Source: an uncultured Desulfobacter sp.
GTDB taxonomy: Bacteria; Desulfobacterota; Desulfobacteria; Desulfobacterales; Desulfobacteraceae
Assembly (NCBI GenBank): GCA_963665095.1
Contig: OY762069.1
Coordinates: 3,008,001-3,072,000, forward strand
DNA length: 64,000 nt
Reading direction: 5' to 3'
Shown here: positions 39,200 through 48,454 of the stretch, one piece after another
Layout: every line of letters starts with the position of its first letter
How positions within the stretch are numbered: position 1 is the stretch's first letter
Position numbers and translations under genes: made by a program
The notes under the pieces: generated by a model
Databases searched by the model: none
Told to the model about the DNA's origin: nothing
The model's input: the letters and a program-made list of their open reading frames with translations, nothing else

Positions 39200-40171
39200 T
39201 CACCGTGTAAAATTCTCCACAAAAACTCTGGCTGCATCCTTTTTGGAAAGGGTTACACGATGCCCCCGCACCATAACCTCCATATAGTCCAGAGAGGTAT
39301 GATCCTGTAAAACCTGAACCATAACACCCTGGCTGAAACCCATCCTGTTTAACCGGCGCCGGGGGAAATGTCCTCCGTGAATCCGGGCAATGCTGCCCTG
39401 TTTTCCCTGGCCCAACCAGCTGAGAGGAACGGCTTCATTGGAAAAAGGTAGTTCATCTTTCCAGGACAGGTGGCCTGAATCATCGTCTCCACATTTTTCC
39501 GGCCGGACCCAGATTTTTCCGGCCATGCCTGCGCACAGGACAAGCCTGGTAAGATCAGCGGCAACAACAACCTGGCCTCCAATGCTGCCGGAAATAATTT
39601 CAACGAGACTGCCCGTCCGAAGCCCCATGGACGCGAACCGCATCTGCATTTTCCTGCCGCCGCCCACCTGGACGATCTCCACCTTCTCGCCAATCCTGGC
39701 CTTGTGCAAAGGAATCAGATTATCCCGTTTATCCATACAAGCTTTGCACAGCCCGTAAATCTCCATCTTATGCTGGAGCATAAAGAATCCGTATTCTGCC
39801 GTAAGCTTTTCCTGAAGGCTTTCCAAGGCCTTATCGTTGAATTCAATAATGTCTCCGCATTTGGTGCAGATCATATGGTCATGATGTATCCCAAGGTGAC
39901 GGTGTTCATAAAGGGGCGTATCATCCTGGCCAAACACCACCTGACTGGCAAAGCCGAACCGGCACAGCAGCTCCATACACTCCAGCAGAAATTCATTATC
40001 CACAACAAGGCCATCCTGCCGGACCTGCTCAGCGATCTGTGCCAGACTGACATGGCGTTCCAGTTTTAGAAAAGAGGCCAGGACCTGAAATCTTTCTTCA
40101 AAACGATCAATCCCCTGCTGCCCGAAAAGCCGGTGGAACTGCTCTTTTTCCTGCTGATGCCGCTCCAGCAT
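39200..40171 (-). CDS. Fur-family metalloregulator fused to two FeoA domains
   Basis: HHDHMICTKCGDIIEF..HKMEIYGLCKAC Fur motifs. FeoA-like GGRKMQMRFASMGLRTG and PRRRLNRMGFSQG. Confidence 0.85.
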   Translation of the reverse strand: MLERHQQEKEQFHRLFGQQGIDRFEERFQVLASFLKLERHVSLAQIAEQVRQDGLVVDNEFLLECMELLCRFGFASQVVFGQDDTPLYEHRHLGIHHDHMICTKCGDIIEFNDKALESLQEKLTAEYGFFMLQHKMEIYGLCKACMDKRDNLIPLHKARIGEKVEIVQVGGGRKMQMRFASMGLRTGSLVEIISGSIGGQVVVAADLTRLVLCAGMAGKIWVRPEKCGDDDSGHLSWKDELPFSNEAVPLSWLGQGKQGSIARIHGGHFPRRRLNRMGFSQGVMVQVLQDHTSLDYMEVMVRGHRVTLSKKDAARVFVENFTR

Positions 40172-40420
40172 ACTTTAAACTCCTCCTTTAAAAAGAGCAT
40201 AAAAATAGTATATGCCCCTGACTTTGTCAATCATGCCGATCAAACCCTATGCCGTCATGAAAATACGATTTGCCATAGATAGTAACATAGCACTAAAAGG
40301 CCTGCCTGTACTCCAGGAACGACAGAATCATTTGACAGGGGCGACAGGATTCTTTTAAGATAAAAATACGCTTCTTTTAAAAATCCAGATGAATCCGACA
40401 TAACGCAAGGAGGCTTTGCC

Positions 40421-41563
40421 ATGGGAACTGACAACCTGATTTTCCTTGAACTGCTGGAGTGGTTTGACGAAACCGGAGAAGAACTGGTCCACCGTCTGCC
40501 GGAAAAAGGGTCCGGTGAAATCAAATTTGGGGCACAGCTCATTGTCCGGGAAAGCCAGGCAGCTGTATTTTTTTATAAAGGGAAAGCAGTGGGCGCATTT
40601 GGCCCTGGACGGCACACCCTGAAAACTGGCAACATTCCTATCCTGACAAAAATTGCAAGCCTGCCCTGGGCCATGGAAAGTCCCCTAAAAGCCGAGGTCT
40701 ATTTTGCCAACTTAAAAACCTTTACCAATATGAAATGGGGTACCAGAGATCCTGTGGCATTCAAGGATAAGGAACTTGGCTTGGTGCGACTGCGGGCTTT
40801 TGGAATCTTTAACATTAAAATTGTTCAACCGGTGCTGCTCATCAACACCCTGGCCGGCACCCAGGGGATTTACACCAGTTCCGAAATAAGCGATTATCTG
40901 AACCAGGTGGTGGTGTCCCGGTTTAATGACTACATCGGAGAAAAGATATCCACGATTCTGGACCTGCCCCAGCAGTATGACGAACTTGGCAAGGGCCTGA
41001 CCCAACGGCTTCAGAAGGATTTCTCCCGGTTCGGCCTGGCGTTAACCCATTTATACATCAACGCCATTACCCCGCCCCCGGAAGTTCAGCAGGCTATTGA
41101 TGATAAAAGCCGGTTGAGCCTGTTTGACGACATGAACAAGCTCATGCAGATGAAAACCGCCATGGCCATGGAAAAAATCGCGGAAAACCCCAACGGCATG
41201 GCGCCGGACGGCGCCCAGGCCGGCATGGGCTTAGGCCTTGGCATGATGCTGCCGGGTATTTTTGCCCAGCAGATGCAACCCGCTTCGGCACAGCCCGCTG
41301 CCCAGCCCGCTCTGGAAGCCACCTGTCCGGAATGCCACAGCCCCATCCCCCGGGATGCCAAGTTCTGCCCCCAGTGCGGCCACCAGCAGGTGATTTTTGC
41401 CCAATGCCAGAGCTGCGGCAAAAACATCACACCCGGGACAAAATTCTGCCCAAGATGCGGCAAACCGGTCCAGGACCATACATCACCAAAGATATGCAGT
41501 AACTGTGGGGCCCAGGGCCTGTCGGATGCCATGTTCTGCAACCAGTGCGGAGAAAAATATTAG
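40421..41563 (+). CDS. SPFH (band 7)-domain protein with C-terminal zinc ribbons
   Basis: GAQLIVRESQAAVFF, KWGTRDP and VRLRAFG motifs, then three CxxC...FCxxCG repeats. Confidence 0.88.
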   Translation: MGTDNLIFLELLEWFDETGEELVHRLPEKGSGEIKFGAQLIVRESQAAVFFYKGKAVGAFGPGRHTLKTGNIPILTKIASLPWAMESPLKAEVYFANLKTFTNMKWGTRDPVAFKDKELGLVRLRAFGIFNIKIVQPVLLINTLAGTQGIYTSSEISDYLNQVVVSRFNDYIGEKISTILDLPQQYDELGKGLTQRLQKDFSRFGLALTHLYINAITPPPEVQQAIDDKSRLSLFDDMNKLMQMKTAMAMEKIAENPNGMAPDGAQAGMGLGLGMMLPGIFAQQMQPASAQPAAQPALEATCPECHSPIPRDAKFCPQCGHQQVIFAQCQSCGKNITPGTKFCPRCGKPVQDHTSPKICSNCGAQGLSDAMFCNQCGEKY

Positions 41564-42788
41564 TTACGCGGTTCAGCATCAATGTCCCCAGTGCGGGGCA
41601 CCTGTCACCCTGGGTGAAGATGCCCGATTTTTTGTGTGCGAATTCTGCAGAGTCCGCTCATTTATTTCCCAGAAAGGCTTTCCCAGGTATTATCTGCCTG
41701 CATCCCCCAAGGTGCCGGAAGATGCAGATATAGTCTATATCCCTTACTGGCGGTTTAAAGGCGTCCGCTACATCTGCCGTGCCGCAGGAATTACTCCCAA
41801 ATTTACAGATATCTCTGTCCTGGCCCGCCAGGATCTTCCCCAGCAAATACCCTTTTCACTGGGATTCCGCTCCCAGGCCCTGACCATGAAACTGATCGGC
41901 AGCGACACAAAGGGCCGGTTTCTCAAGCCGATGCCGTCAGCAGTGGTTCTTAAAGAGAGATCTGGCCCGGATCTGCCCAATGAGACCACCTTTCAGGAGG
42001 ATATCGGGGAGACGTTCAGCCTGATTTATGCCCCTTTCTACTTAAAAAATGGAAGTCTTATGGATGCGGTCATCAATGAAGCATTGCCTATGACACCCGG
42101 TTTTGACTCTGCTATATTGGACAAGGAGATAGTCAGGCCGGAGGCAGACACCCATTTTATTGCCGGCATCTGCCCCGGCTGCGGCTGGGACCTTGAAGGC
42201 GCAAGTGACTCTCTGGTTCTGGTTTGCCGAAACTGCAAATCTATATGGTGGGCAAAGAGTGATCGTCTGGTTAAAATTAAATTCAAGGCAGCCGCCCCGG
42301 CCAATGCCACCGACCTGATGGTACCGTTTTGGAAAATAAGGGCACAAATATCCCCCATGAAACTGGACAGCCATGGGGATCTGGCAAAAATGGCCCCGCA
42401 GACCGGTGTTCCGGCCCTGGAATGGGATGAAAAACCTCTCTATTTCTGGTGCCCGGCGTTCAAGGTCCGCCCCAATATATTTTTACGCCTGTTGGGACAG
42501 ATCACTACAGCCCAGCCAGCGCCGTCCCTGGCCCCGGTTTTTGAAGAAAACCCATGTCAAACCATAAATCTGCCGCCTTCCGAAGCGGTTCAATCCATCC
42601 GCGTCACCATGGCATCCCTGCTTCGTCCCCGAAAAGAGATCATTGATGTTCTGCCGGTAACAGAAGTGGTTTCCCAACAGATCTCCCTGGTTTTTCTGCC
42701 CTTTGAGTCCCGGCACCATGATATTGTCTATCGGAATTTAAACATTGCCATCAACAAAAACGCGTTGGCATTATCTGCCAATCTGTAA
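41526..42788 (+). CDS. Zinc-ribbon-containing protein, partner of the SPFH gene (start uncertain)
   Basis: CPQCG..CEFC, YIPYWRFKG, CPGCG..CRNC and VPFWKI suggest a duplicated ZnR-PxW module. Start is either ATG 41526 or ATT 41559 after GGAG. Confidence 0.72.
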   Translation: MPCSATSAEKNISYAVQHQCPQCGAPVTLGEDARFFVCEFCRVRSFISQKGFPRYYLPASPKVPEDADIVYIPYWRFKGVRYICRAAGITPKFTDISVLARQDLPQQIPFSLGFRSQALTMKLIGSDTKGRFLKPMPSAVVLKERSGPDLPNETTFQEDIGETFSLIYAPFYLKNGSLMDAVINEALPMTPGFDSAILDKEIVRPEADTHFIAGICPGCGWDLEGASDSLVLVCRNCKSIWWAKSDRLVKIKFKAAAPANATDLMVPFWKIRAQISPMKLDSHGDLAKMAPQTGVPALEWDEKPLYFWCPAFKVRPNIFLRLLGQITTAQPAPSLAPVFEENPCQTINLPPSEAVQSIRVTMASLLRPRKEIIDVLPVTEVVSQQISLVFLPFESRHHDIVYRNLNIAINKNALALSANL

Positions 42789-42890
42789 TCCTGATTATCC
42801 CCATAGATCGCTTTGCTTAAGGCATTGCAGAAATGATTCATGCCTGATACAACCTTGGCATTATTATGCATCCATGCATGGAGAGGGCAA

Positions 42891-43667
42891 ATGAAAATTC
42901 AGTGGACAGGCACAGCAGGATTTAAAATCCAGTCAGGAAACGCTTGCTTTCTAATTGATCCATACCTGAGTCGAAACAAAGATGCCAGTCCGGCCCAGCC
43001 GTTGACCCCAAAAGATCTGGGTGAATTTTCCCATATTTTTATCTCCCATGGTCACTTTGACCATATTCTGGATATCCCGGATGTTGTCAGAGATACCAGG
43101 GCACGTGTGATATGCGATTCTGTGGCCGCCCGAACGCTCACCCAAATGGGGGTGCCCCGGGATCATATAGAGGAAGTAACGCACCCGGGATTTAAAATCG
43201 ATTTTAACCATGTTCATGCTGAAGCATTTTACAGCCGGCATATCCGGTTCGATGCCAAGCTGCTTCTCACCACCCTGATGCGGGCGGGCAGACAGATACG
43301 GGAGATCCTTCCTCTGTTTAGAGACTACCCCTGTGGCCAGGTGCTGAGCTGGCGGCTCGAACTTGAAGACCGGCGCATTCACTTTTTTGGCAGTGGCGGC
43401 TCCACCCGTCCAGAACTTCAAGCGCTGGCATCCATGCCGATTGATCTGCTGCTTTTGCCCCTCCAGGGCCATTCCAAAATCTGTGACAAAGCGGTGACCT
43501 ATGTGGAAATGCTACAACCCGCCGTTGTGATTGCCCACCACCAGGACAATTTTTATCCGCCGGTCTCCCAGACTGTAGACATTAAACCGTTTCTGGAACA
43601 GGTACATCGCAGGTACCCCAAAACAAAAACCGTGGTCATGAATATTAATGAAACAATCGAATTCTGA
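42891..43667 (+). CDS. MBL-fold metallo-hydrolase
   Basis: LIDPYLS, SHGHFDHILD and AHHQD motifs. Confidence 0.88.
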   Translation: MKIQWTGTAGFKIQSGNACFLIDPYLSRNKDASPAQPLTPKDLGEFSHIFISHGHFDHILDIPDVVRDTRARVICDSVAARTLTQMGVPRDHIEEVTHPGFKIDFNHVHAEAFYSRHIRFDAKLLLTTLMRAGRQIREILPLFRDYPCGQVLSWRLELEDRRIHFFGSGGSTRPELQALASMPIDLLLLPLQGHSKICDKAVTYVEMLQPAVVIAHHQDNFYPPVSQTVDIKPFLEQVHRRYPKTKTVVMNINETIEF

Positions 43668-44715
43668 TGTCATGGAAGGCAGCGCCCTTCGCACACCGGA
43701 AGATCTGTCCGCATACCTGAACCAACCACTGTCCATTGGATCAAAAGCCATCTCCAACCGGATGGTGCTTGCGCCCATGGCAGGGTTAGGGCACATTGCG
43801 TTCAGGCACCTGGTAACCGAATTTTCAGGATTTGGCCTGCTTTTCACCGGCATGTGCTCGGCAAAAGCCGTTCCCCATGAAAACCCAAAGGTATCCCATG
43901 TTTTTTCCTGGCGGCCCGAAGAGCTGACGCACACCGTGTGCCAGATCTTTGGCGCAGACCCGCAGGTCATGGCCTGTGCAGCCCAGCGTATTGAAAAAGA
44001 AGGCTTCTTTGGCGTGGATCTTAATTTCGGGTGTTCCGTGGCTGCCATCTGCAAAAAAGGATGCGGTGCCGCCCTGCTGAAAACCCCTGACCTTGCAATT
44101 GATATTATTTCAGCCGTCCGAAACGCGGTGTCATGTCCTGTTTTTGTCAAATACAGAACCGGCTGGACCGATGATCCTGATTTTCCTGTGGCCATGGCAA
44201 AGGCCTTTGAAGAAGCCGGGGCGGATGCGCTGACCTTCCATCCCCGGGTGGCACCGGACAGACGCAGCCGGAGACCCAAATGGGAACTGATCGGCCGGGT
44301 CCGGCAGGCCGTCACCATTCCTGTGTTTGGAAACGGCAATCTGTTTGAGCCGGAAGACGGGATAAAAATGATCAGCCAGACCGGCTGCCAGGGGCTTTCC
44401 ATCGGCAGGATGGCCGTGGCCAGACCCTGGTTGTTTGCCCAGTGGACCAAAGGATTTGAGCCGGGACCGGATATCTATATTTCCTGTGCCCTGAGGATGG
44501 CAAGGCTTTTAACCAAGCATTATGATGACCATTTTGCCCTGAAAATGTTCAAAAAGGCGGCACCCTATTTCTGTGCAAATTTTAAATTCTCCAATGCCAT
44601 CTTAAAGGATCTGGTCAGGGCCGACTCTATGGATGCCCTTTGTGACAACATCCAACGTCTTCTGGACCCAGCGCCCCAGACCTTACGTATTCCCAACATT
44701 AATTTATTTATCTGA
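43648..44715 (+). CDS. tRNA-dihydrouridine synthase family (DusB-like)
   Basis: LAPMAG, QIFG, DLNFGC..GCGAALL, HPR, GNGNL and IGR motifs. Confidence 0.9.
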   Translation: MKQSNSDVMEGSALRTPEDLSAYLNQPLSIGSKAISNRMVLAPMAGLGHIAFRHLVTEFSGFGLLFTGMCSAKAVPHENPKVSHVFSWRPEELTHTVCQIFGADPQVMACAAQRIEKEGFFGVDLNFGCSVAAICKKGCGAALLKTPDLAIDIISAVRNAVSCPVFVKYRTGWTDDPDFPVAMAKAFEEAGADALTFHPRVAPDRRSRRPKWELIGRVRQAVTIPVFGNGNLFEPEDGIKMISQTGCQGLSIGRMAVARPWLFAQWTKGFEPGPDIYISCALRMARLLTKHYDDHFALKMFKKAAPYFCANFKFSNAILKDLVRADSMDALCDNIQRLLDPAPQTLRIPNINLFI

Positions 44716-44895
44716 TCATCCATGCCTGATGTGGTGGGACTTTGCCATAAAAAAAACACTGGACAAAAACCGTACAGGCCATGTAACGTTTCTTACCTGT
44801 CCGGAACAGGTCAAAAAAAGCTGTATCGATTCCTGCCTGTAATAACCATTTCCGGAAAAGTCTGAAATTTGAATAAACATAAACAAGGAACCATC

Positions 44896-45837
44896 ATGAT
44901 CTGTCAGGCAATAATAAACAGATGCATAAAAATAATAATTCTGGCTGCCATGCTGGGCATCACAGGATGTGCCGGAAAACCTGAACCAGAGCCCATTCAA
45001 ACAGCCCCGGGCATATGGTACAATCAGGAGATCACCGCAGACGGACAGACAGACGACTGGCCTGATACCGCCCCCCAGTATACGGCCCAGGACAAAACCA
45101 CCCGTATATGGGTGAATAACAATCTTGATGTCATCTGTCTTCTGGCAGAAATAAAAAATCCCCAGGCCATCCGGCAGTTTGCACAGGCAGGGCTGACCTT
45201 TACCATACAGACACAGGAAAAAGAGGCTGGTCCCTTTTCCATTACACTGAAGGGCGACGGTCCAACCAGACGGCACTGCAGGCCGGGGAGTGATGCTGAA
45301 GAAACTGGACAAAAGGCTTCCAGGCCCCCTGACCCTCCGGATACAATGAAGGAAGAGGCTCAGGCCATGGCCAAAAAACCTTTCCCGCCTCCAGAACTCC
45401 AGGTAAAACTGCCAGACGACCTTGTTGTCGTGTATCCATTTTCCTCCGGCCCTATGATCATGTCCATGGAAGAAGCCCGCACCAAAGGCCTGACCCTTGG
45501 CATGGCAGGTAATCCAAAGCAGGAACCATTAATTTTTGAAGCAGTCATCAGCCTCGATGCCGTTTTTTTTGACACGCCGCAACAGGGCGGTTCCCCGGTC
45601 ATTATCTCTTTATCGGCCGTGGACAATGGCCGCCCTAAAAAGGGGAGTGGACAGAAAGGCAACGATGGTGGGCCACCTGGCGGAGGATCCCCCGGTGATG
45701 GCCCTTCTGGTGGCGGAAAGCCCCCGGGAGGGGGAGATTTTGATTCCGGCAAATCTGGTGGTAAAGCAGATACAAAAGGGGCTGGTGGATTATTTAAGGC
45801 GGCTATAAAAATAACACTTGCAGGCCCTGTGGAATAA
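44896..45837 (+). CDS. Hypothetical lipoprotein with Gly/Pro-rich C-terminus
   Basis: Lipobox GITGC, a DGQTDDW motif and a low-complexity GGPPGGG tail. Confidence 0.7.
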   Translation: MICQAIINRCIKIIILAAMLGITGCAGKPEPEPIQTAPGIWYNQEITADGQTDDWPDTAPQYTAQDKTTRIWVNNNLDVICLLAEIKNPQAIRQFAQAGLTFTIQTQEKEAGPFSITLKGDGPTRRHCRPGSDAEETGQKASRPPDPPDTMKEEAQAMAKKPFPPPELQVKLPDDLVVVYPFSSGPMIMSMEEARTKGLTLGMAGNPKQEPLIFEAVISLDAVFFDTPQQGGSPVIISLSAVDNGRPKKGSGQKGNDGGPPGGGSPGDGPSGGGKPPGGGDFDSGKSGGKADTKGAGGLFKAAIKITLAGPVE

Positions 45838-45908
45838 ACAATGCTAAGCGGGCTAAGGGCTTTCCGACAGGAAATAACCTCTTTTGAAAGGCAAAAAACT
45901 AAATTGAT

Positions 45909-46256
45909 ATGACAGCCAGTAACACCCCTGACCTTGCCGGGTTTAAATGCATTGGATGCGGTACCTGCTGCAGGCAGACCGGGCACGTTCGCCTGGCCTT
46001 AAGGGAACCTGATATCATCGCGGATTTTTTAGGAATGGGTGTCCGTGAATTTATAAAATCATACACCTGCCTGACCCGTGACCGTCACGGGCTTTCACTC
46101 ATTGACGCCCCGGACGGGGCATGCATTTTCCTTGATAAAAACCACTGCCGTATAAACCCGGTCAAACCGGCTCAATGCCGGGATTTTCCTGAAAAATGGC
46201 GATTTTCTGACTTCTGGCAGGTCTGCGGCTGGGCAAAGAACCATGAAAAACCATAA
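45909..46256 (+). CDS. YkgJ-family cysteine-cluster protein
   Basis: FKCIGCGTCC, CIFLD..CRI..KPAQCRDFP motifs. Confidence 0.88.
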   Translation: MTASNTPDLAGFKCIGCGTCCRQTGHVRLALREPDIIADFLGMGVREFIKSYTCLTRDRHGLSLIDAPDGACIFLDKNHCRINPVKPAQCRDFPEKWRFSDFWQVCGWAKNHEKP

Positions 46257-46412
46257 ACAAAAGCACCCGTCTATTGAAAATCAATATACCTGTGTACGAA
46301 CAAATTCAATTTCTCAATTTGACTTGGCTTTCACCCTGGCCTTAGATTTATTCGATCTATTCAGCTTAACTGTATAAGCTGGCAAATCTGTCAAAAGGAG
46401 ACTTGAGGTACA

Positions 46413-47036
46413 ATGGTCAAAGAATTAGACTGCAGAAAAATGGACTGCCCGGCACCGGTACTGGAAACCAAAAAATGTCTTGAGGCGGAAGCACTGCCGC
46501 ATATCCGGATTTTAGTGGACAATGATGCCGCCGTGGAAAACGTCAGCCGGTTTTTAACCTATGCCGGATTTGAGGTCAGTGTGGAGTCCGACGGAACTAT
46601 GTCGGCCGTGGAAGGGACGCGAGACCCTTCCACGGCTGTAAAGCTTTCTTCCGGCCCGGTCGGGCAAACAGGCCAGAGTAAGTCCGGCCAGGAGAGTCTG
46701 TCAAAGATTATGGTTATGGCAGCATCCAACCGCTTTGGTATAGGAGATGATGAACTCGGGGCAAAACTGATGATTAATTTTATCAAAACCCTTAAGGAAA
46801 TGGGGCCCGAGTTGTGGCGTCTGGTCTTTGTCAACCACGGGGTAACCCTTGCTACCAATGATTCTGAAGTTCTTGACGAATTACGTGAGCTTGAAGCATC
46901 CGGTGTTACAATCCTTGTGTGCGGCACCTGCCTGACCCATTTAGGCCTTATGGAGAAAAAAGCCATTGGTCAGACTACCAACATGCTGGACATTGTCACA
47001 GCCATGCAGCTGGCTGACAAGGTTGTCAACCTTTAA
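46413..47036 (+). CDS. yedF: Sulfurtransferase-like selenium metabolism protein (TusA + DsrE domains)
   Basis: LDCRKMDCPAPVLETK, GDDELGAKLM and LVCGTCL..TNMLDIV motifs. Confidence 0.9.
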   Translation: MVKELDCRKMDCPAPVLETKKCLEAEALPHIRILVDNDAAVENVSRFLTYAGFEVSVESDGTMSAVEGTRDPSTAVKLSSGPVGQTGQSKSGQESLSKIMVMAASNRFGIGDDELGAKLMINFIKTLKEMGPELWRLVFVNHGVTLATNDSEVLDELRELEASGVTILVCGTCLTHLGLMEKKAIGQTTNMLDIVTAMQLADKVVNL

Positions 47037-47040
47037 TAAT

Positions 47041-48453
47041 TCACTTGTTGCTCACAAAAAAATCAGCAATGATATGATCGGCCTTAAGGCGGTTGCCATA
47101 AGTCTGGGCACTATTCTGGTCCGTGAATTCAGACACCCGGACCAGATACCAGGTTTTACCGCCGCCTTTTGAAACTTTTGTGGTGGCCTTAACCCCTTTT
47201 TTCGCCAGTTCGGCCACATAGCGCTCGGCATGGGCCTGCTTCAGGTAAGCCGCCACCTGAATGGTAAAAGGTTTTGGGATTTCCACTTTGATCTGCCTGG
47301 CCGGCGGCTGTTCTACGGATTTGAACATATGTGAAAACGTGCCCCAGACAAAAGCAATCAGCCAGGCCCCCATACAGACCACGATAACAACCTTCACCCG
47401 GCTCCACAATTTTTCACGGCTCTGCATGAACTGCAGGGTTGCATCTTTGGCCCTGCCTGTCCGTCCAGCAATGGATGAGGTATATCCGGCTGCTATTTCC
47501 CTCACCCCGGCCAACAGTGACGAACGGCGCACCGGCCTTCCATCCGAAATAGCGGATATATCTCCATCTGGTTCACCTGGCACGCCTTCATCTGCCAGGA
47601 CCGCTCGTTCTTTAATGACAGCAAAAAGGCCCTTTCCCTCAGTCCGCAGCGTCTCCCCTCCGGTCCTTTGATCCCCAAGGGTCAGTCCGGCAGGGTCAGG
47701 CGCTGCAACATCCGTTTCCCGGACTGGCTCAGGTGCATCTTTCAGCCGGGCCGACATCATCTCCCGGATCATGTCGGCATGGGCGGTATCTCTTCTGTCG
47801 ATAAACCCGTCTTTTCCCTCCAGCTCCAGAAAAGACCGGTACAACCGCCTGGCGGAAAAATCCATCCGGCCCAATTTTAGAAACAGCTCCACCAGCATCC
47901 GGCAAAGCTCCGGGTCCGCATACCATTGATCTGCCAGGGCTGAAAGAACTGACTGGATTGACGTTCCGGAAATGTCCTGATCCTGAATACGTTCCAGCCA
48001 GAACCGTGCAAGGGTTCTCTCCGTTGGATTCGCTGCCAGCCACGCTCCGGCAGCCCCCTGGATTTCCCGGCGCTGGCTTCCTGATGCAAGATAAAACCGC
48101 GCCAGGGATGAGGCAAGTAATGCCCCTGCCCGCCTGGCAGTCAGCACAGAGAGCCAGGCACTGTCGTAGAGACGCACAGCCCGGATCAACTTTTTTTCCG
48201 CCCGGGTAGTGATGCCGGAACGCTCCCACAGCTGGGCGTCCCTGATCAGGCTTCTTATTCGCAACAGCCCGGCAACATTCAGCATAAAACCAATGCCAAG
48301 GCCAAAAACCGCATACATGGCAACAAGAAATACCACAGCAGGTGTATCAGGAAACCAGACGGCCAGCCGTGGCAGCACAACAAAGCTGCCCGGCAGGGTA
48401 ATCAAAGTTGCCAGCCAGAACCAGATACTGATATGTCGGATCATACGAATCAT
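47041..48453 (-). CDS. Membrane protein with C-terminal SPOR domain
   Basis: N-terminal TMs, a helical region and a further TM, then FTIQVAAY...WYLVRVSEF. Confidence 0.82.
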   Translation of the reverse strand: MIRMIRHISIWFWLATLITLPGSFVVLPRLAVWFPDTPAVVFLVAMYAVFGLGIGFMLNVAGLLRIRSLIRDAQLWERSGITTRAEKKLIRAVRLYDSAWLSVLTARRAGALLASSLARFYLASGSQRREIQGAAGAWLAANPTERTLARFWLERIQDQDISGTSIQSVLSALADQWYADPELCRMLVELFLKLGRMDFSARRLYRSFLELEGKDGFIDRRDTAHADMIREMMSARLKDAPEPVRETDVAAPDPAGLTLGDQRTGGETLRTEGKGLFAVIKERAVLADEGVPGEPDGDISAISDGRPVRRSSLLAGVREIAAGYTSSIAGRTGRAKDATLQFMQSREKLWSRVKVVIVVCMGAWLIAFVWGTFSHMFKSVEQPPARQIKVEIPKPFTIQVAAYLKQAHAERYVAELAKKGVKATTKVSKGGGKTWYLVRVSEFTDQNSAQTYGNRLKADHIIADFFVSNK

Positions 48454-48454
48454 C

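Noticed and set aside
41397..41561. Long 5' overlap (TTG 41397) or a special ATT initiation for the zinc-ribbon gene
   Set aside because: The extension is the off-frame shadow of the upstream gene. An in-frame ATG at 41526 exists, so ATT use cannot be claimed.
45640..45790. Repetitive GC-rich tract
   Set aside because: Explained by Gly/Pro-rich low-complexity coding sequence, not a DNA repeat array.
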